A stretch of 64,000 bases of DNA from an uncultured Gammaproteobacteria bacterium (GCA_963817615.1 CAWFPH010000003.1:1822718-1886717); one strand, 5' to 3'. Shown: positions 9,247 to 18,240, counted from the stretch's first letter. Translations and numbers: made by a program. The notes: generated by a model from the sequence alone, not told the origin.

Positions 9247-9327
9247 TTAGACCGATCGCAATCCTTCCTCCGCCGGGGGCTTCGGAAACGCGTGATACCA
9301 AAAGTAAAAGCGCGCGGTCGCAATCAT
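9247..9327 (-). CDS. Putative aromatic-rich leader peptide (26 codons): MIATARFYFWYHAFPKPPAEEGLRSV
   Basis: Hand-translated base by base: ATG ATT GCG ACC GCG CGC TTT TAC TTT TGG TAT CAC GCG TTT CCG AAG CCC CCG GCG GAG GAA GGA TTG CGA TCG GTC TAA. Eight consecutive codons contain 3 Phe, 2 Tyr and 1 Trp. The ORF sits upstream of a terminator and of an aromatic-pathway gene. It is not in the ORF track because it is too short. Confidence 0.55.
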   Translation of the reverse strand: MIATARFYFWYHAFPKPPAEEGLRSV

Positions 9328-9474
9328 GGCGCGCATTCATATCACACCGACCGCGCCCGCGCCAGCGCCGCCGCCACGCGCGTCTCGCGTCGCTGGCGCA
9401 CGTGGCCCCCGTCGATCGACCGAGCCGAGGCTCGAGGGCGGTGTGGGATAATCGCGGTCTTTTGCGGCCGAGGG

Positions 9475-12400
9475 ATGGCCTGCTCCATGCCGAAGGACTC
9501 AGTATTCGCCGAATTGCCGCTGCCGAGCGACAAGCGCCCGCGCGTGACTTGGACGCACCTGCACGGCAGCGCGCCGGCGCTCGCGATCGCCGAGGCGGCG
9601 CGCCGCCATGCGGGCACCGTCTGCGTGATCGCACCGAACGCGGCCGCGGCAGACCGCATCGAACGAGAGGTCGCGTTCTTCGGCACGCGCGAGCCGCGCC
9701 GCTTTCCCGATTACGAGACCCTGCCCTACGAGCCGATTTCGGCGCCGCAGGATCTGCTGGCGGACCGGCTGCTCACGCTGTACGAGCTCGTGCGCGGCGA
9801 GCCCATGACGCTCGTAGTCGAGGCCGGCGCACTGCTCGGCCGACTGCCGCCGCCGGAATTCGTGGTCGCCCGCTCGCTGGAGCTCGCAGTCGGCGACCGC
9901 TTCGAGCGCGATGCAATGCTCACGCGGCTGACGGACCACGGCTATCTGCGCGTCGAGCAGGTTGCGGAGCCCGGCGAGTTCGCGGTGCGCGGCGCAGTGC
10001 TCGACGTATTTCCGACGGGCGGCAAGCTGCCTATCAGGATCGATCTCTTCGACGACGAGATCGAGACGCTGCGCACGTTCGACCCGCAGACGCAGCTCAC
10101 CGCGGGGCAGACCGATTCGATACGCCTGCTGCCCGCGCGCGAATTCCCGTTCGACGAAGCCGCGATCAAGGAATTCCGCCAGCGCTTTCGCGACGCGTTC
10201 CCGGTGGAGCCGGGCCGCTGCCCGGTCTACCGCACGATCTCCGAGGCGCAGCTGCCGGCCGGCATCGAGTACTACCTGCCGTTGTTTTTCGAGCGCACGG
10301 CGGCACTGTTCGACTATTTGGGCGACGACACGCTGCTCGTGCTCACCGACGGTGCGGGAGCCGCGCTCGACGCCGCATGGGCACTGATTACCGAGCGCTA
10401 CGAGCAACTGCGCGGCGACATCGAGCAGCCGATTCTTGCGCCGGCTAAGGGGTTCTTCTCGCCCGACGTGCTGCGCGCCCGAATCGAGGAGCGGCCGGCG
10501 CTCGCGCTCGAGGCCCACGAGACGCCGACGGCCGACGCCGATGTCGTGAACGCGGGCGTCTCGCATCCGCTGTCGGCCGGCGTCGCGCCGAGCGAGGATC
10601 GGATCGCGCGCTGGGTCGCCGCAGGCACGGAGCGCACGCTGCTCGCCACGTCCTCGCCCGGGCACCGCGAGATGATGCTCGAGCTGTTACGCAACCGCGG
10701 CTACGAGCCCGCGATCGTCGCGACCTGGCCGGAGTTCCTCGAGGGCGACATGCGGCTCGGCGTGGCGGTCGCCGAGCTCGGCGAGGGGCTCCGCATCGCC
10801 GCACGCGAGCTGCGCGTGATCACCTCGACGGAGCTCGGGATGGAGCGGCCGCGGCAGCGGCACCGCCGCCGTCGAGGCCGCGATCCCGAGGCCGTGATCC
10901 GCGAGCTCACGGACCTGCAAGTGGGCGCACCCGTCGTGCACGAGGACTACGGCGTCGGCCGCTATCACGGGCTCAAGACGCTCGACGTCGATGGCCTGCT
11001 CACCGAGTTCCTCGTGCTCGAGTACGCGGGCGGCGACAAGCTCTACGTGCCGGTTCACAGTCTGCATCTCGTGACGCGCTACAGCGGCGCGGCGCCCGAG
11101 GATGCACCGCTGCATCGGCTCGGCTCCGATCAGTGGGCGAAGGCGAAGCGCAAGGCAGCGGACCAGGCGCGCGACGTCGCCGCCGAGCTGCTGAACCTAT
11201 ATGCGCAGCGCGCCGCGCGCGCAGGGCTCGAATTTCACTTCGAAGCGGACGCCTATCGGAACTTCGCGCTCGCATTTCCGTTCGAGGAGACGGAGGACCA
11301 GCAGGCCGCGATCGACCGCGTGCTCGAAGACCTCGCGAGCGGCCAACCGATGGATCGCGTGGTGTGCGGCGACGTCGGCTTCGGTAAGACCGAGGTCGCG
11401 CTGCGTTCGGCATTCGTCGCCGTGCAGGCCGGTTTCCAAGTCGGTGTGCTCGTACCGACTACGCTGCTCGCGGATCAGCACTATCGGACGTTCCAGGACC
11501 GCTTCGCGGATTGGCCGGTGCGAATCGAGCTGCTCTCGCGATTCCGCAGCGGCGCCGCGGTCGCAGCTGCGGTGAAGGGGCTCGGCGACGGCACCGTCGA
11601 CATCGTGATCGGCACGCATCGATTGCTGTCGTCCGACATTCGCTTCAAGCGGCTCGGCCTCGTGATCGTCGACGAGGAGCACCGCTTCGGCGTGAAGCAC
11701 AAGGAGCGGCTCAAGCGGTTGCGCGCGGAGGTCGACATGCTCACGCTCACCGCGACGCCGATCCCGCGCACGCTCAATATGACGCTCGGCGGGCTGCGCG
11801 ATCTGTCGATCATCGCGACGCCGCCGGCCGCCCGGCTGGCGGTGAAGACGTTCGTCGGCGAGTGGAACGACCGGCAAATCCGCGAGGCCGTGCTGCGCGA
11901 GATTCGCCGCGGCGGCCAGGTCTACTTCGTGCACAACCGCGTGGAGAGCATCGAGAGTGCCGCGCGCGGGCTCGAAAAGCTGCTGCCGGAGGCCCACGTG
12001 CGCATAGCGCACGGCCAGATGTCGGAGCGCGAGCTCGAATCCGTGATGCTCGACTTCTATCACCGCCAGTTCAACGTGCTCGTCTGCAGCACGATCATCG
12101 AGAGCGGCATCGACATCCCGACCGCCAACACGATCATCATCGACCGCGCCGACCGGTTGGGATTGGCGCAACTGCACCAGCTGCGCGGCCGAGTGGGCCG
12201 CTCGCACCACCAAGCCTACGCCTACATGCTCGCGCCGCCGCTGCGCGCCCTCACGGCCGATGCCGCCAAACGGCTCGAGGCGATCGCGTCGCTCGAGGAG
12301 CTCGGCTCGGGCTTCACGCTGGCGACGCACGACCTCGAGATCCGCGGTGCGGGGGAGCTGCTCGGCGAAGGGCAAAGCGGTCAAATCCAAGCAATCGGCT

Positions 12401-12945
12401 TCACGCTGTACAACGAGCTGCTCGCGCGCGCCGTGAAAGCGCTGCGCGAGGGCAACGAGCCCGACCTCGACGATCCGTTCGTGCACGGCCCGGAGATCGA
12501 GATCGGTCTACCGGCGCTGATCCCCGAGGACTACATGCCCGACGTGCACATGCGGCTCGTGCACTACAAGCGGATTGCGAATGCGGCGTCACGCGAGGAT
12601 CTCGACGCACTGCAGGTCGAGCTGATCGACCGCTTCGGTCTGTTGCCGCCGCCGCTGAAGACGCTGTTCGCGATCACCTGGCTCAAGCTGCTCGCGCAGC
12701 GGCTCGGCATCGTCAAGATCCAGGCTGCGGGCGAAGGGGGCAATTTGCGCTTCGGCGAACGATCGCACGTCGATCCGGTGCGGCTGATTACGCTGATCGA
12801 GAAAGACCCCGAGCACTATCGGCTCGATGGGCCGTTCAAGCTGCGCTTCTCGTGGCAGCTCAAGGCGCCGGAGCAGAGGATCGGCGCGATCGAGCGGCTG
12901 CTCGAGCGGCTTGCTCCGCCCGACCGCGCGGCCGCCGCCGCCTGA
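9475..12945 (+). CDS. mfd: Transcription-repair coupling factor Mfd
   Basis: ORF 9139..12945. The homolog-like N-terminus begins at MACSMPKDSVFAELPLP... (ATG 9475, or alternatively ATG 9487). Contains a UvrB-homology region, the DEAD/helicase motifs (GDVGFGKTEVAL, VIVDEEHRFGV) and a TRG motif region. Confidence 0.95.
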   Translation: MACSMPKDSVFAELPLPSDKRPRVTWTHLHGSAPALAIAEAARRHAGTVCVIAPNAAAADRIEREVAFFGTREPRRFPDYETLPYEPISAPQDLLADRLLTLYELVRGEPMTLVVEAGALLGRLPPPEFVVARSLELAVGDRFERDAMLTRLTDHGYLRVEQVAEPGEFAVRGAVLDVFPTGGKLPIRIDLFDDEIETLRTFDPQTQLTAGQTDSIRLLPAREFPFDEAAIKEFRQRFRDAFPVEPGRCPVYRTISEAQLPAGIEYYLPLFFERTAALFDYLGDDTLLVLTDGAGAALDAAWALITERYEQLRGDIEQPILAPAKGFFSPDVLRARIEERPALALEAHETPTADADVVNAGVSHPLSAGVAPSEDRIARWVAAGTERTLLATSSPGHREMMLELLRNRGYEPAIVATWPEFLEGDMRLGVAVAELGEGLRIAARELRVITSTELGMERPRQRHRRRRGRDPEAVIRELTDLQVGAPVVHEDYGVGRYHGLKTLDVDGLLTEFLVLEYAGGDKLYVPVHSLHLVTRYSGAAPEDAPLHRLGSDQWAKAKRKAADQARDVAAELLNLYAQRAARAGLEFHFEADAYRNFALAFPFEETEDQQAAIDRVLEDLASGQPMDRVVCGDVGFGKTEVALRSAFVAVQAGFQVGVLVPTTLLADQHYRTFQDRFADWPVRIELLSRFRSGAAVAAAVKGLGDGTVDIVIGTHRLLSSDIRFKRLGLVIVDEEHRFGVKHKERLKRLRAEVDMLTLTATPIPRTLNMTLGGLRDLSIIATPPAARLAVKTFVGEWNDRQIREAVLREIRRGGQVYFVHNRVESIESAARGLEKLLPEAHVRIAHGQMSERELESVMLDFYHRQFNVLVCSTIIESGIDIPTANTIIIDRADRLGLAQLHQLRGRVGRSHHQAYAYMLAPPLRALTADAAKRLEAIASLEELGSGFTLATHDLEIRGAGELLGEGQSGQIQAIGFTLYNELLARAVKALREGNEPDLDDPFVHGPEIEIGLPALIPEDYMPDVHMRLVHYKRIANAASREDLDALQVELIDRFGLLPPPLKTLFAITWLKLLAQRLGIVKIQAAGEGGNLRFGERSHVDPVRLITLIEKDPEHYRLDGPFKLRFSWQLKAPEQRIGAIERLLERLAPPDRAAAAA

Positions 12946-12966
12946 CGGCGCGCTATACTGTCGCGC

Positions 12967-13812
12967 ATGAACACGCGCCTGCGGCCGCTCTATTTCGCGT
13001 TGATCTGCTCGGGCGCCTTCGCAGCCGCAGGTCAGCCGGCTGCGCCGTCCGAAAACCCCGCCGCTGCTGCACAGCCGCCGGCGCCCGCGCCGCCGCTCTA
13101 TCAGGTGGAAGTTTTGGTGTTCGCGCACGCGGACTTCGATCCGGCCGAGGAACACTTCGAGCATGGCGCACCGGCTGCGTCGCTCGTGAGCACGGACCCG
13201 ACGTTGCTGGAACCACCATCTTTCGACGTCGACGACGCGGCGCTCGGCCAGCTTCCGCCGAGCGGGGCGACGACCGATGGTGCTGCCTCGGACGGCACCG
13301 CACCGGGCGGCGCTGCACAGGGCGACGCCGTAAGCGGCGTGCCGCAAGCGGATTCATCGCAACCGCCGCCGCTACGGCTCCTCGAACCGGGCGAGCTCGC
13401 TTTGAACGCGCAGGCCCGGACGCTCGGACGCTTGTCCGCCTATCGCTTGCTCGCGCACGGCGGTTGGGTGCAGCCCGGTCTGCCCGAGGATCAGGCCGTG
13501 CCGTTCGACCTGGCCCTGCTCGGCACGGTGAACCCGGCCGGCACCATCAAGGTTTACCTGAGCCGCTTCCTGCATGCCGAGATCGACTTGTCCTACGTCG
13601 ATCCGCAGCCGCGCGCCGCCGAGCCGGCGGCCGACGTCGGCATCGCCGGCGATCTTCACGAGGTCGACTTACGGCCGCGATATCGATTGAAGACCGAGCA
13701 CCAAGTGAGCAGCGGTGACCTGCAGTACTTCGACCACCCCGCCTTCGGCGTGCTCGTCAAGGTGACACGCGTCCCCGCGAACGCACCGGGCGGCACTCGC
13801 CCGGCCGCCTGA
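12967..13812 (+). CDS. Secreted protein resembling the CsiV family (peptidoglycan-binding)
   Basis: Signal peptide MNTRLRPLYFALICSGAFAAA, then PLYQVEVLVFAH... and ...YFDHPAFGVLVKVTRV. Located directly downstream of mfd. The family assignment is from memory and needs an HMM check. Confidence 0.6.
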   Translation: MNTRLRPLYFALICSGAFAAAGQPAAPSENPAAAAQPPAPAPPLYQVEVLVFAHADFDPAEEHFEHGAPAASLVSTDPTLLEPPSFDVDDAALGQLPPSGATTDGAASDGTAPGGAAQGDAVSGVPQADSSQPPPLRLLEPGELALNAQARTLGRLSAYRLLAHGGWVQPGLPEDQAVPFDLALLGTVNPAGTIKVYLSRFLHAEIDLSYVDPQPRAAEPAADVGIAGDLHEVDLRPRYRLKTEHQVSSGDLQYFDHPAFGVLVKVTRVPANAPGGTRPAA

Positions 13813-13843
13813 ACAGCCTTCACGACCGGCTAGGCTCGGCGCC

Positions 13844-14857
13844 TCAGGAAGCGGCGGCGATGACGTTGCCCGGCGCGCGCAGCTCGGCTTCAGCGCGGGC
13901 GATCAACGCCTCGGGCTCTTCGCCGCCGCCGTCCGCACAAGTCGCAACGGCCGTGCGGATCGTGATGTAGCGGCCGGACTTCGCGCGCGGATTGTGCAGT
14001 CCGAGACGGCGCACGTTCTCGACCACTTGCTCGGCGAGCGGACGGGCCTCGTCGGCGCCTTGGCCGAGCACGGCCGCGATCAGACCCGAATCGTCGTAGC
14101 GAGCGCAGGAGTCTCCGGCGCGGCGCAGAGTGCGCGTAATTTGAGCGCCGATCATCCGCTGGCACGAGTCCGCGGCCTTCGCGCCGAACGTCTGCCGATA
14201 CGCCTCGAACTCGACGATCTCGAACAACAGCACGGTGATGCTGCGCCCGTCGCGCCGAGCGATCGACAGATCGCGGCGCAGCAGCTCGACAAAGTACTCG
14301 AAGCGCAGCAACCCGGTCGCGGGATCGATGCGACTGAGATTTGCGATCTTCTGCCGGACGCGGCCGAGCTCGCGCTGCAGCAGATTGATCTCGAGGTTGC
14401 CTCCATGGCCGTTGTCGACCGAGGCCGGCGCACCGTTCTCGGTCAGGCTATCCGCAACGTCGACGCCGGCGACCGGACGTTGGATGCAGAGAAAATACTT
14501 GAGCTCGCCGCGTGCGTTGTAGAGCGGCTCGACGCTGACGTGGCTGAAGAACGAAGTGCCGTCCTTGCGCAGGTCCGGCAGCACCACTTGGCACGACTCT
14601 GAGCGGCCGATCGCGGCCTTGAGCCGTGCGAGCTCCGGTTGTCCCTCTCCGTCACGCTGCACGAGCGGCCAACTGCTGCCCGTGAGCTCATCGACCGAGT
14701 AACCGCTCAGATCTTCGTACGCGGGGTTCGCGTAGACGATCGGCAAGCTCGGGTCTTGAGCGTCTGCAAGCAGAATGCCCTCGGACGTCCGATTGACCAT
14801 CTGCTCGAGGGTATGGCGGCTCAGGGACTTCACGCGTGCTTCCCTGCGCATTTCCAT
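13844..14857 (-). CDS. PAS (LOV-like, no Cys) plus degenerate GGDEF domain protein
   Basis: PAS region: GILLADAQDPSLPIVYANPAYEDLSGYSVDELTGSSWPLVQ... GGDEF-fold region: DPATGLLRFEYF...ITVLLFEIVEFEAY...RRAGDSCARYDDSGLIAAVLG (the GG[DE]EF position reads DDSGL). Confidence 0.85.
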   Translation of the reverse strand: MEMRREARVKSLSRHTLEQMVNRTSEGILLADAQDPSLPIVYANPAYEDLSGYSVDELTGSSWPLVQRDGEGQPELARLKAAIGRSESCQVVLPDLRKDGTSFFSHVSVEPLYNARGELKYFLCIQRPVAGVDVADSLTENGAPASVDNGHGGNLEINLLQRELGRVRQKIANLSRIDPATGLLRFEYFVELLRRDLSIARRDGRSITVLLFEIVEFEAYRQTFGAKAADSCQRMIGAQITRTLRRAGDSCARYDDSGLIAAVLGQGADEARPLAEQVVENVRRLGLHNPRAKSGRYITIRTAVATCADGGGEEPEALIARAEAELRAPGNVIAAAS

Positions 14858-14902
14858 GCCGATTATGTTCGACAGGGCGCGCGCGAGGGTCTATGAAACA
14901 AG

Positions 14903-15655
14903 TCACACTGCACTGCATCGAAGGTCTTCGATCGCGCGCCGCAGCACCGCCGCGAGCCTGGCCGTCCCCGCTTCGAGCACGGCCTCGATCTGGGCGCCGA
15001 TCGGCGCCGTGCCGGCCACGAGGCCGGCCGCGTAGTTGACCGCGAGCGCGCACACCGCATAGTCGACTTCGAGCTCCCGAGCGAGCACGGCCTCCGGCAT
15101 TGCGGTCATGCCGACCATCGTGCAGCCGTCGCGCTCGAGCCGGGCGATCTCGGCCGCCGTCTCGAGGCGCGGCCCTTGAGTCACCCCGTAGCAGCCGCCG
15201 CGGGCGCCGAAGCCGCAAGCGGCAACGGCCGCCGCGAGTCGAGCGCGCAGCCCCGTCGAAAACGGCTCCGCGAACTCGACGTGCACGACCGCGCCGCCCT
15301 CGCCCCCGAAGGTTGCCGCCCGGCCCGAGGTGTAGTCGATCAGCTGTTCCGGCACGGCGAGCTCGCCCGGCGCAAAACCGGCCTCGATCGCTCCGACCGT
15401 GTTGAGTGCGATGCAGGTGCGCACGCCGCTCTGCGCGAGTGCCCAGAGGTTCGCCCGATAGTTGATCTCGTGCGGCGCGAGCGAATGTGTTTCGCCGTGC
15501 CGCGCGATACAGGCGAGCCGCACGGCGCCGATCCGCACGGTGAGCACGGGGCTGCTCGGAACGCCATAGGGCGTCTTCAGCGGGCTGCGCGCGAGCACCT
15601 CCAGTCCGAGCGAGCGGAAGCCGCTGCCGACGATCAGCCCGAGCGTCTCAGCCAT
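14903..15655 (-). CDS. 5'-methylthioadenosine / S-methyl-5'-thioinosine phosphorylase (PNP/MTAP family)
   Basis: ORF 14903..15685, trimmed to ATG 15655: MAETLGLIVGSGFRSLG...IARHGETHSLAPHEINYRANLWAL... Typical MTAP family, with the same hpt/nagZ neighbourhood seen in pseudomonads. Confidence 0.85.
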   Translation of the reverse strand: MAETLGLIVGSGFRSLGLEVLARSPLKTPYGVPSSPVLTVRIGAVRLACIARHGETHSLAPHEINYRANLWALAQSGVRTCIALNTVGAIEAGFAPGELAVPEQLIDYTSGRAATFGGEGGAVVHVEFAEPFSTGLRARLAAAVAACGFGARGGCYGVTQGPRLETAAEIARLERDGCTMVGMTAMPEAVLARELEVDYAVCALAVNYAAGLVAGTAPIGAQIEAVLEAGTARLAAVLRRAIEDLRCSAV

Positions 15656-16190
15656 CCGTATTCTCGGCGACCGCGTACAGCGCACGCAGCTCGCGCCAAT
15701 AGCCGCGGTAGTCCATGCCGCAACCGAACACGTAGACGTCGTCGATCTCGAGGCCCGCGAAGTCGGGCACCGGCCGGCGAGCTCGGCGTTGCAGCCGCTT
15801 CACGACGAGCACGGCCGTGTGCTGCGCAGCCACGCCGATGCGCTCGAGCTCAGCCGTAAGACCTCGCAGCGTGTGGCCGCGGTCCAAGATATCGTCGACG
15901 ACGAGCACGGTACGCCCGGCAAGCGCCTTGCTCGGGCGCACGCGCCACTCGAGCGCTCCGCCCTTGGTGTCGCCGGTGTAGCGCGTCACGTGCACGTAGT
16001 CGAACTCGTGCGGGAAGCGCAACCGGCGGCACAGCTCGACGGCCGTGAAGACGCCGCCGTGCATGACCGCGACCACGACGGGGTTCGTGTCCGCGAGCCG
16101 CCCCTCGATGTCGTGAGCCATTCGGTCCAAGGCCGCGGCGACCGTGCGCGACGACGCGACGCGCCGGGCACTGCGGCGCGCGGCGAGCAC
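15648..16190 (-). CDS. hpt: Hypoxanthine-guanine phosphoribosyltransferase
   Basis: PRTase motif TVLVVDDILDRGHTL and ...PVVVAVMHGGVFTAVEL... The start was chosen at GTG 16190, just after the nagZ stop, giving ~180 aa. The ORF-track start at 16277 would overlap nagZ by 80 nt. Confidence 0.8.
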   Translation of the reverse strand: MLAARRSARRVASSRTVAAALDRMAHDIEGRLADTNPVVVAVMHGGVFTAVELCRRLRFPHEFDYVHVTRYTGDTKGGALEWRVRPSKALAGRTVLVVDDILDRGHTLRGLTAELERIGVAAQHTAVLVVKRLQRRARRPVPDFAGLEIDDVYVFGCGMDYRGYWRELRALYAVAENTDG

Positions 16191-16197
16191 CGCGTCG

Positions 16198-17241
16198 TCA
16201 ACCTTCGAGCTCGAGCGCCGGTCGATTGCAGAGCGGCTCGAGCGCTTCGCGAGCGCGCCGCCAATCCCTCGAGGCATGCAAGGTCTCCCAATCCATAGCG
16301 CCGCGCCCGTGCAGGCGCGTCAAACGCAGCTGCGCGGACGGATTCACGTACCCCCGCAGCGCATCGAGCACGCCCGGCACGTGCTCGGAGGAATTGCACA
16401 GCAGCACGAGGTCGCAGCCCGCGCCGAGCGCGCCTCGCACGCGATCCTCCAAGCCGCCGACGCCGGCCGCTCCGGCCATGCTCACGTCGTCCGTGATCAC
16501 CGCTCCGCCGAAGGCGAGCTCGCCGCGCAGCTGATCCTCGATCCACCAGCTCGACAGGCTCGCAGGTCTAGGGTCGACGGCCGGGAAGCTCACGTGCGCG
16601 ATCATCACCGCCGGCAATCCGGCCGCGATCAGCTCACGGTACGGCAGCAGATCGTCCGCAAGCTCCTCGTACGTGCGCCGGTCGATTGCGAGCTCGGTAT
16701 GCGAATCGCTGCGTGCGCCCGCGTGCGTGGGGAAGTGCTTGGCGGTGATCGCCATGCCCGCGCGTTTCGCGCCGGTCGCGAACCGACGCGCCAGATCGGC
16801 GACGACGCGCGCTTCCGAGTGCAGCGCGCGGTCGCCGATCACCTCCGCGAGCCCGAGATCGCGGTCGACGACCGGAGCGAAGCTCATGTCGACGCCGACC
16901 GCCCGCAGCTCGGCGGCCATCATCCAGCCGAAAGCGACGGCCGCGTGGCGTGCCCGCTCTCGATCCTCGTCGTACAGATGTCCGAGCTGGCGCAGCGGCG
17001 GCAGGCGGAAGAACGGCTCGCGGAAGCGCTGCACGCGACCGCCCTCCTGATCGACTGTCACGAGCAGGGGCGGATCGCGCACCTCGTGGATCGTCGCAAC
17101 GAGGCGGGCAAGCTGCTCGCGATCGACGAAATTGCGGCTGAACAGTATCACGCCGCCGACGAGCGGCGACTCGAGCCACTCGCGCTCGTCCGGCGCCAGC
17201 TCCGCGCCGCCCAAATCGATCATCAATGGACCGAGGGACAA
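16198..17241 (-). CDS. nagZ: Beta-N-acetylhexosaminidase NagZ
   Basis: (M)SLGPLMIDLGGAELAPDEREWLESPLVGGVILFSRNF...VDQEGGRVQRF... This is the GH3 NagZ signature. The start is a TTG at 17241; ATG 17223 is an alternative. Confidence 0.92.
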   Translation of the reverse strand: MSLGPLMIDLGGAELAPDEREWLESPLVGGVILFSRNFVDREQLARLVATIHEVRDPPLLVTVDQEGGRVQRFREPFFRLPPLRQLGHLYDEDRERARHAAVAFGWMMAAELRAVGVDMSFAPVVDRDLGLAEVIGDRALHSEARVVADLARRFATGAKRAGMAITAKHFPTHAGARSDSHTELAIDRRTYEELADDLLPYRELIAAGLPAVMIAHVSFPAVDPRPASLSSWWIEDQLRGELAFGGAVITDDVSMAGAAGVGGLEDRVRGALGAGCDLVLLCNSSEHVPGVLDALRGYVNPSAQLRLTRLHGRGAMDWETLHASRDWRRAREALEPLCNRPALELEG

Positions 17242-17260
17242 ACTCGCTCCTCCCGCCGCG

Positions 17261-17782
17261 TCAGACGATGTCGACGGGCGTGCCGACCGAAACGAGCTCG
17301 AACAGCTCCGCGACGTCGGTATTGCTCATCCGTACGCAGCCGATCGAGCCCGGCACGCCGAGCGGCTCGCCGTCGGGGGCACCGTGGATATAAATGTAGC
17401 GGCGCATTGTATCGACATTGCCGAGCCGATTCTTGCCGACCTCGCAGCCCGAGAGCCAGAGGATGCGTGTGAGGATCCAGTCCCTGTTCGGCTGTGCGCG
17501 CGCGAGCTCGACCGAGCAGATCTCGCCGGTCGGACGGCGCCCACGAAACACCGCGCCGAGCGGAGCCGCGGCACCGATTTTCGCCCGAATCACGTGCCGC
17601 CCGCGCGGCGTCTTGAAGCTGCCGCGCACCTCGCCTGCGCCGTGCCTCGACGTCGACACGGGATAAGTCTTCACGACTTGCGTGCCGCGCACGAGGTCGA
17701 GCCGCTGCTCGGCGAGCACGACGAGAACACGCAGATCGGCGGCGTCGGGAACGCTCAGGGATTGCGTTCGCTTTGGTCCCAT
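17261..17782 (-). CDS. L,D-transpeptidase (YkuD) family protein
   Basis: The C-terminal catalytic motif IYIHGAPDGEPLGVPGSIGCVRMSNTDVAELF matches the H..(S/G)xGC(I/V)R motif of YkuD domains. The start is uncertain. ATG 17782 was chosen, which overlaps the CYTH gene's end by 28 nt. Confidence 0.75.
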   Translation of the reverse strand: MGPKRTQSLSVPDAADLRVLVVLAEQRLDLVRGTQVVKTYPVSTSRHGAGEVRGSFKTPRGRHVIRAKIGAAAPLGAVFRGRRPTGEICSVELARAQPNRDWILTRILWLSGCEVGKNRLGNVDTMRRYIYIHGAPDGEPLGVPGSIGCVRMSNTDVAELFELVSVGTPVDIV

Positions 17783-18240
17783 TCGCGATACGGGTGGCGA
17801 GTCAGACGCACATTGTAATAGCGCTCGAGACCCGTGACCTCGAGGCCGAGCCACGCGGGGCGCGGGAATTCCTGCGTCTCCTCGTCGAGCTCGATCTCCG
17901 CGACGATCAGCCCTTCATTGTCGCCGTGGAACTCGTCGACCTCCCACTCGAAGCCGCCATAGGGCACGAAATGCCGGGTCTTCTCGATCAGCGGTGGCGA
18001 GCAGAGCGCGAGCAGCTCCACCGCCTCTTCGACCGGAATCGCGTACTCGTACTCCTTGCGCGACGCGACGAGACCGCCCGACTTGATGTTGAGAGCGGCC
18101 GCGGCGCCCGCGACGCGCACCCGCACGGATGCACGATCGTTGCCCGCGACGTAGCCTTGCTTCATTCGCTCGCGCCGCACGGCCGCCGCGCGCCAGGCGT
18201 CCGTCTTCGGCAAGAACTTTCGCTCGATCTCCTGCGGCAT
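17755..18240 (-). CDS. CYTH domain protein (class IV adenylate cyclase / triphosphatase fold)
   Basis: Real start at ATG 18240 inside the 427-aa track ORF: MPQEIERKFLPK... (the EXEXK signature of CYTH) ...FEWEVDEFHGDNEGLIVAEIELD... 161 aa. Confidence 0.8.
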   Translation of the reverse strand: MPQEIERKFLPKTDAWRAAAVRRERMKQGYVAGNDRASVRVRVAGAAAALNIKSGGLVASRKEYEYAIPVEEAVELLALCSPPLIEKTRHFVPYGGFEWEVDEFHGDNEGLIVAEIELDEETQEFPRPAWLGLEVTGLERYYNVRLTRHPYREWDQSERNP

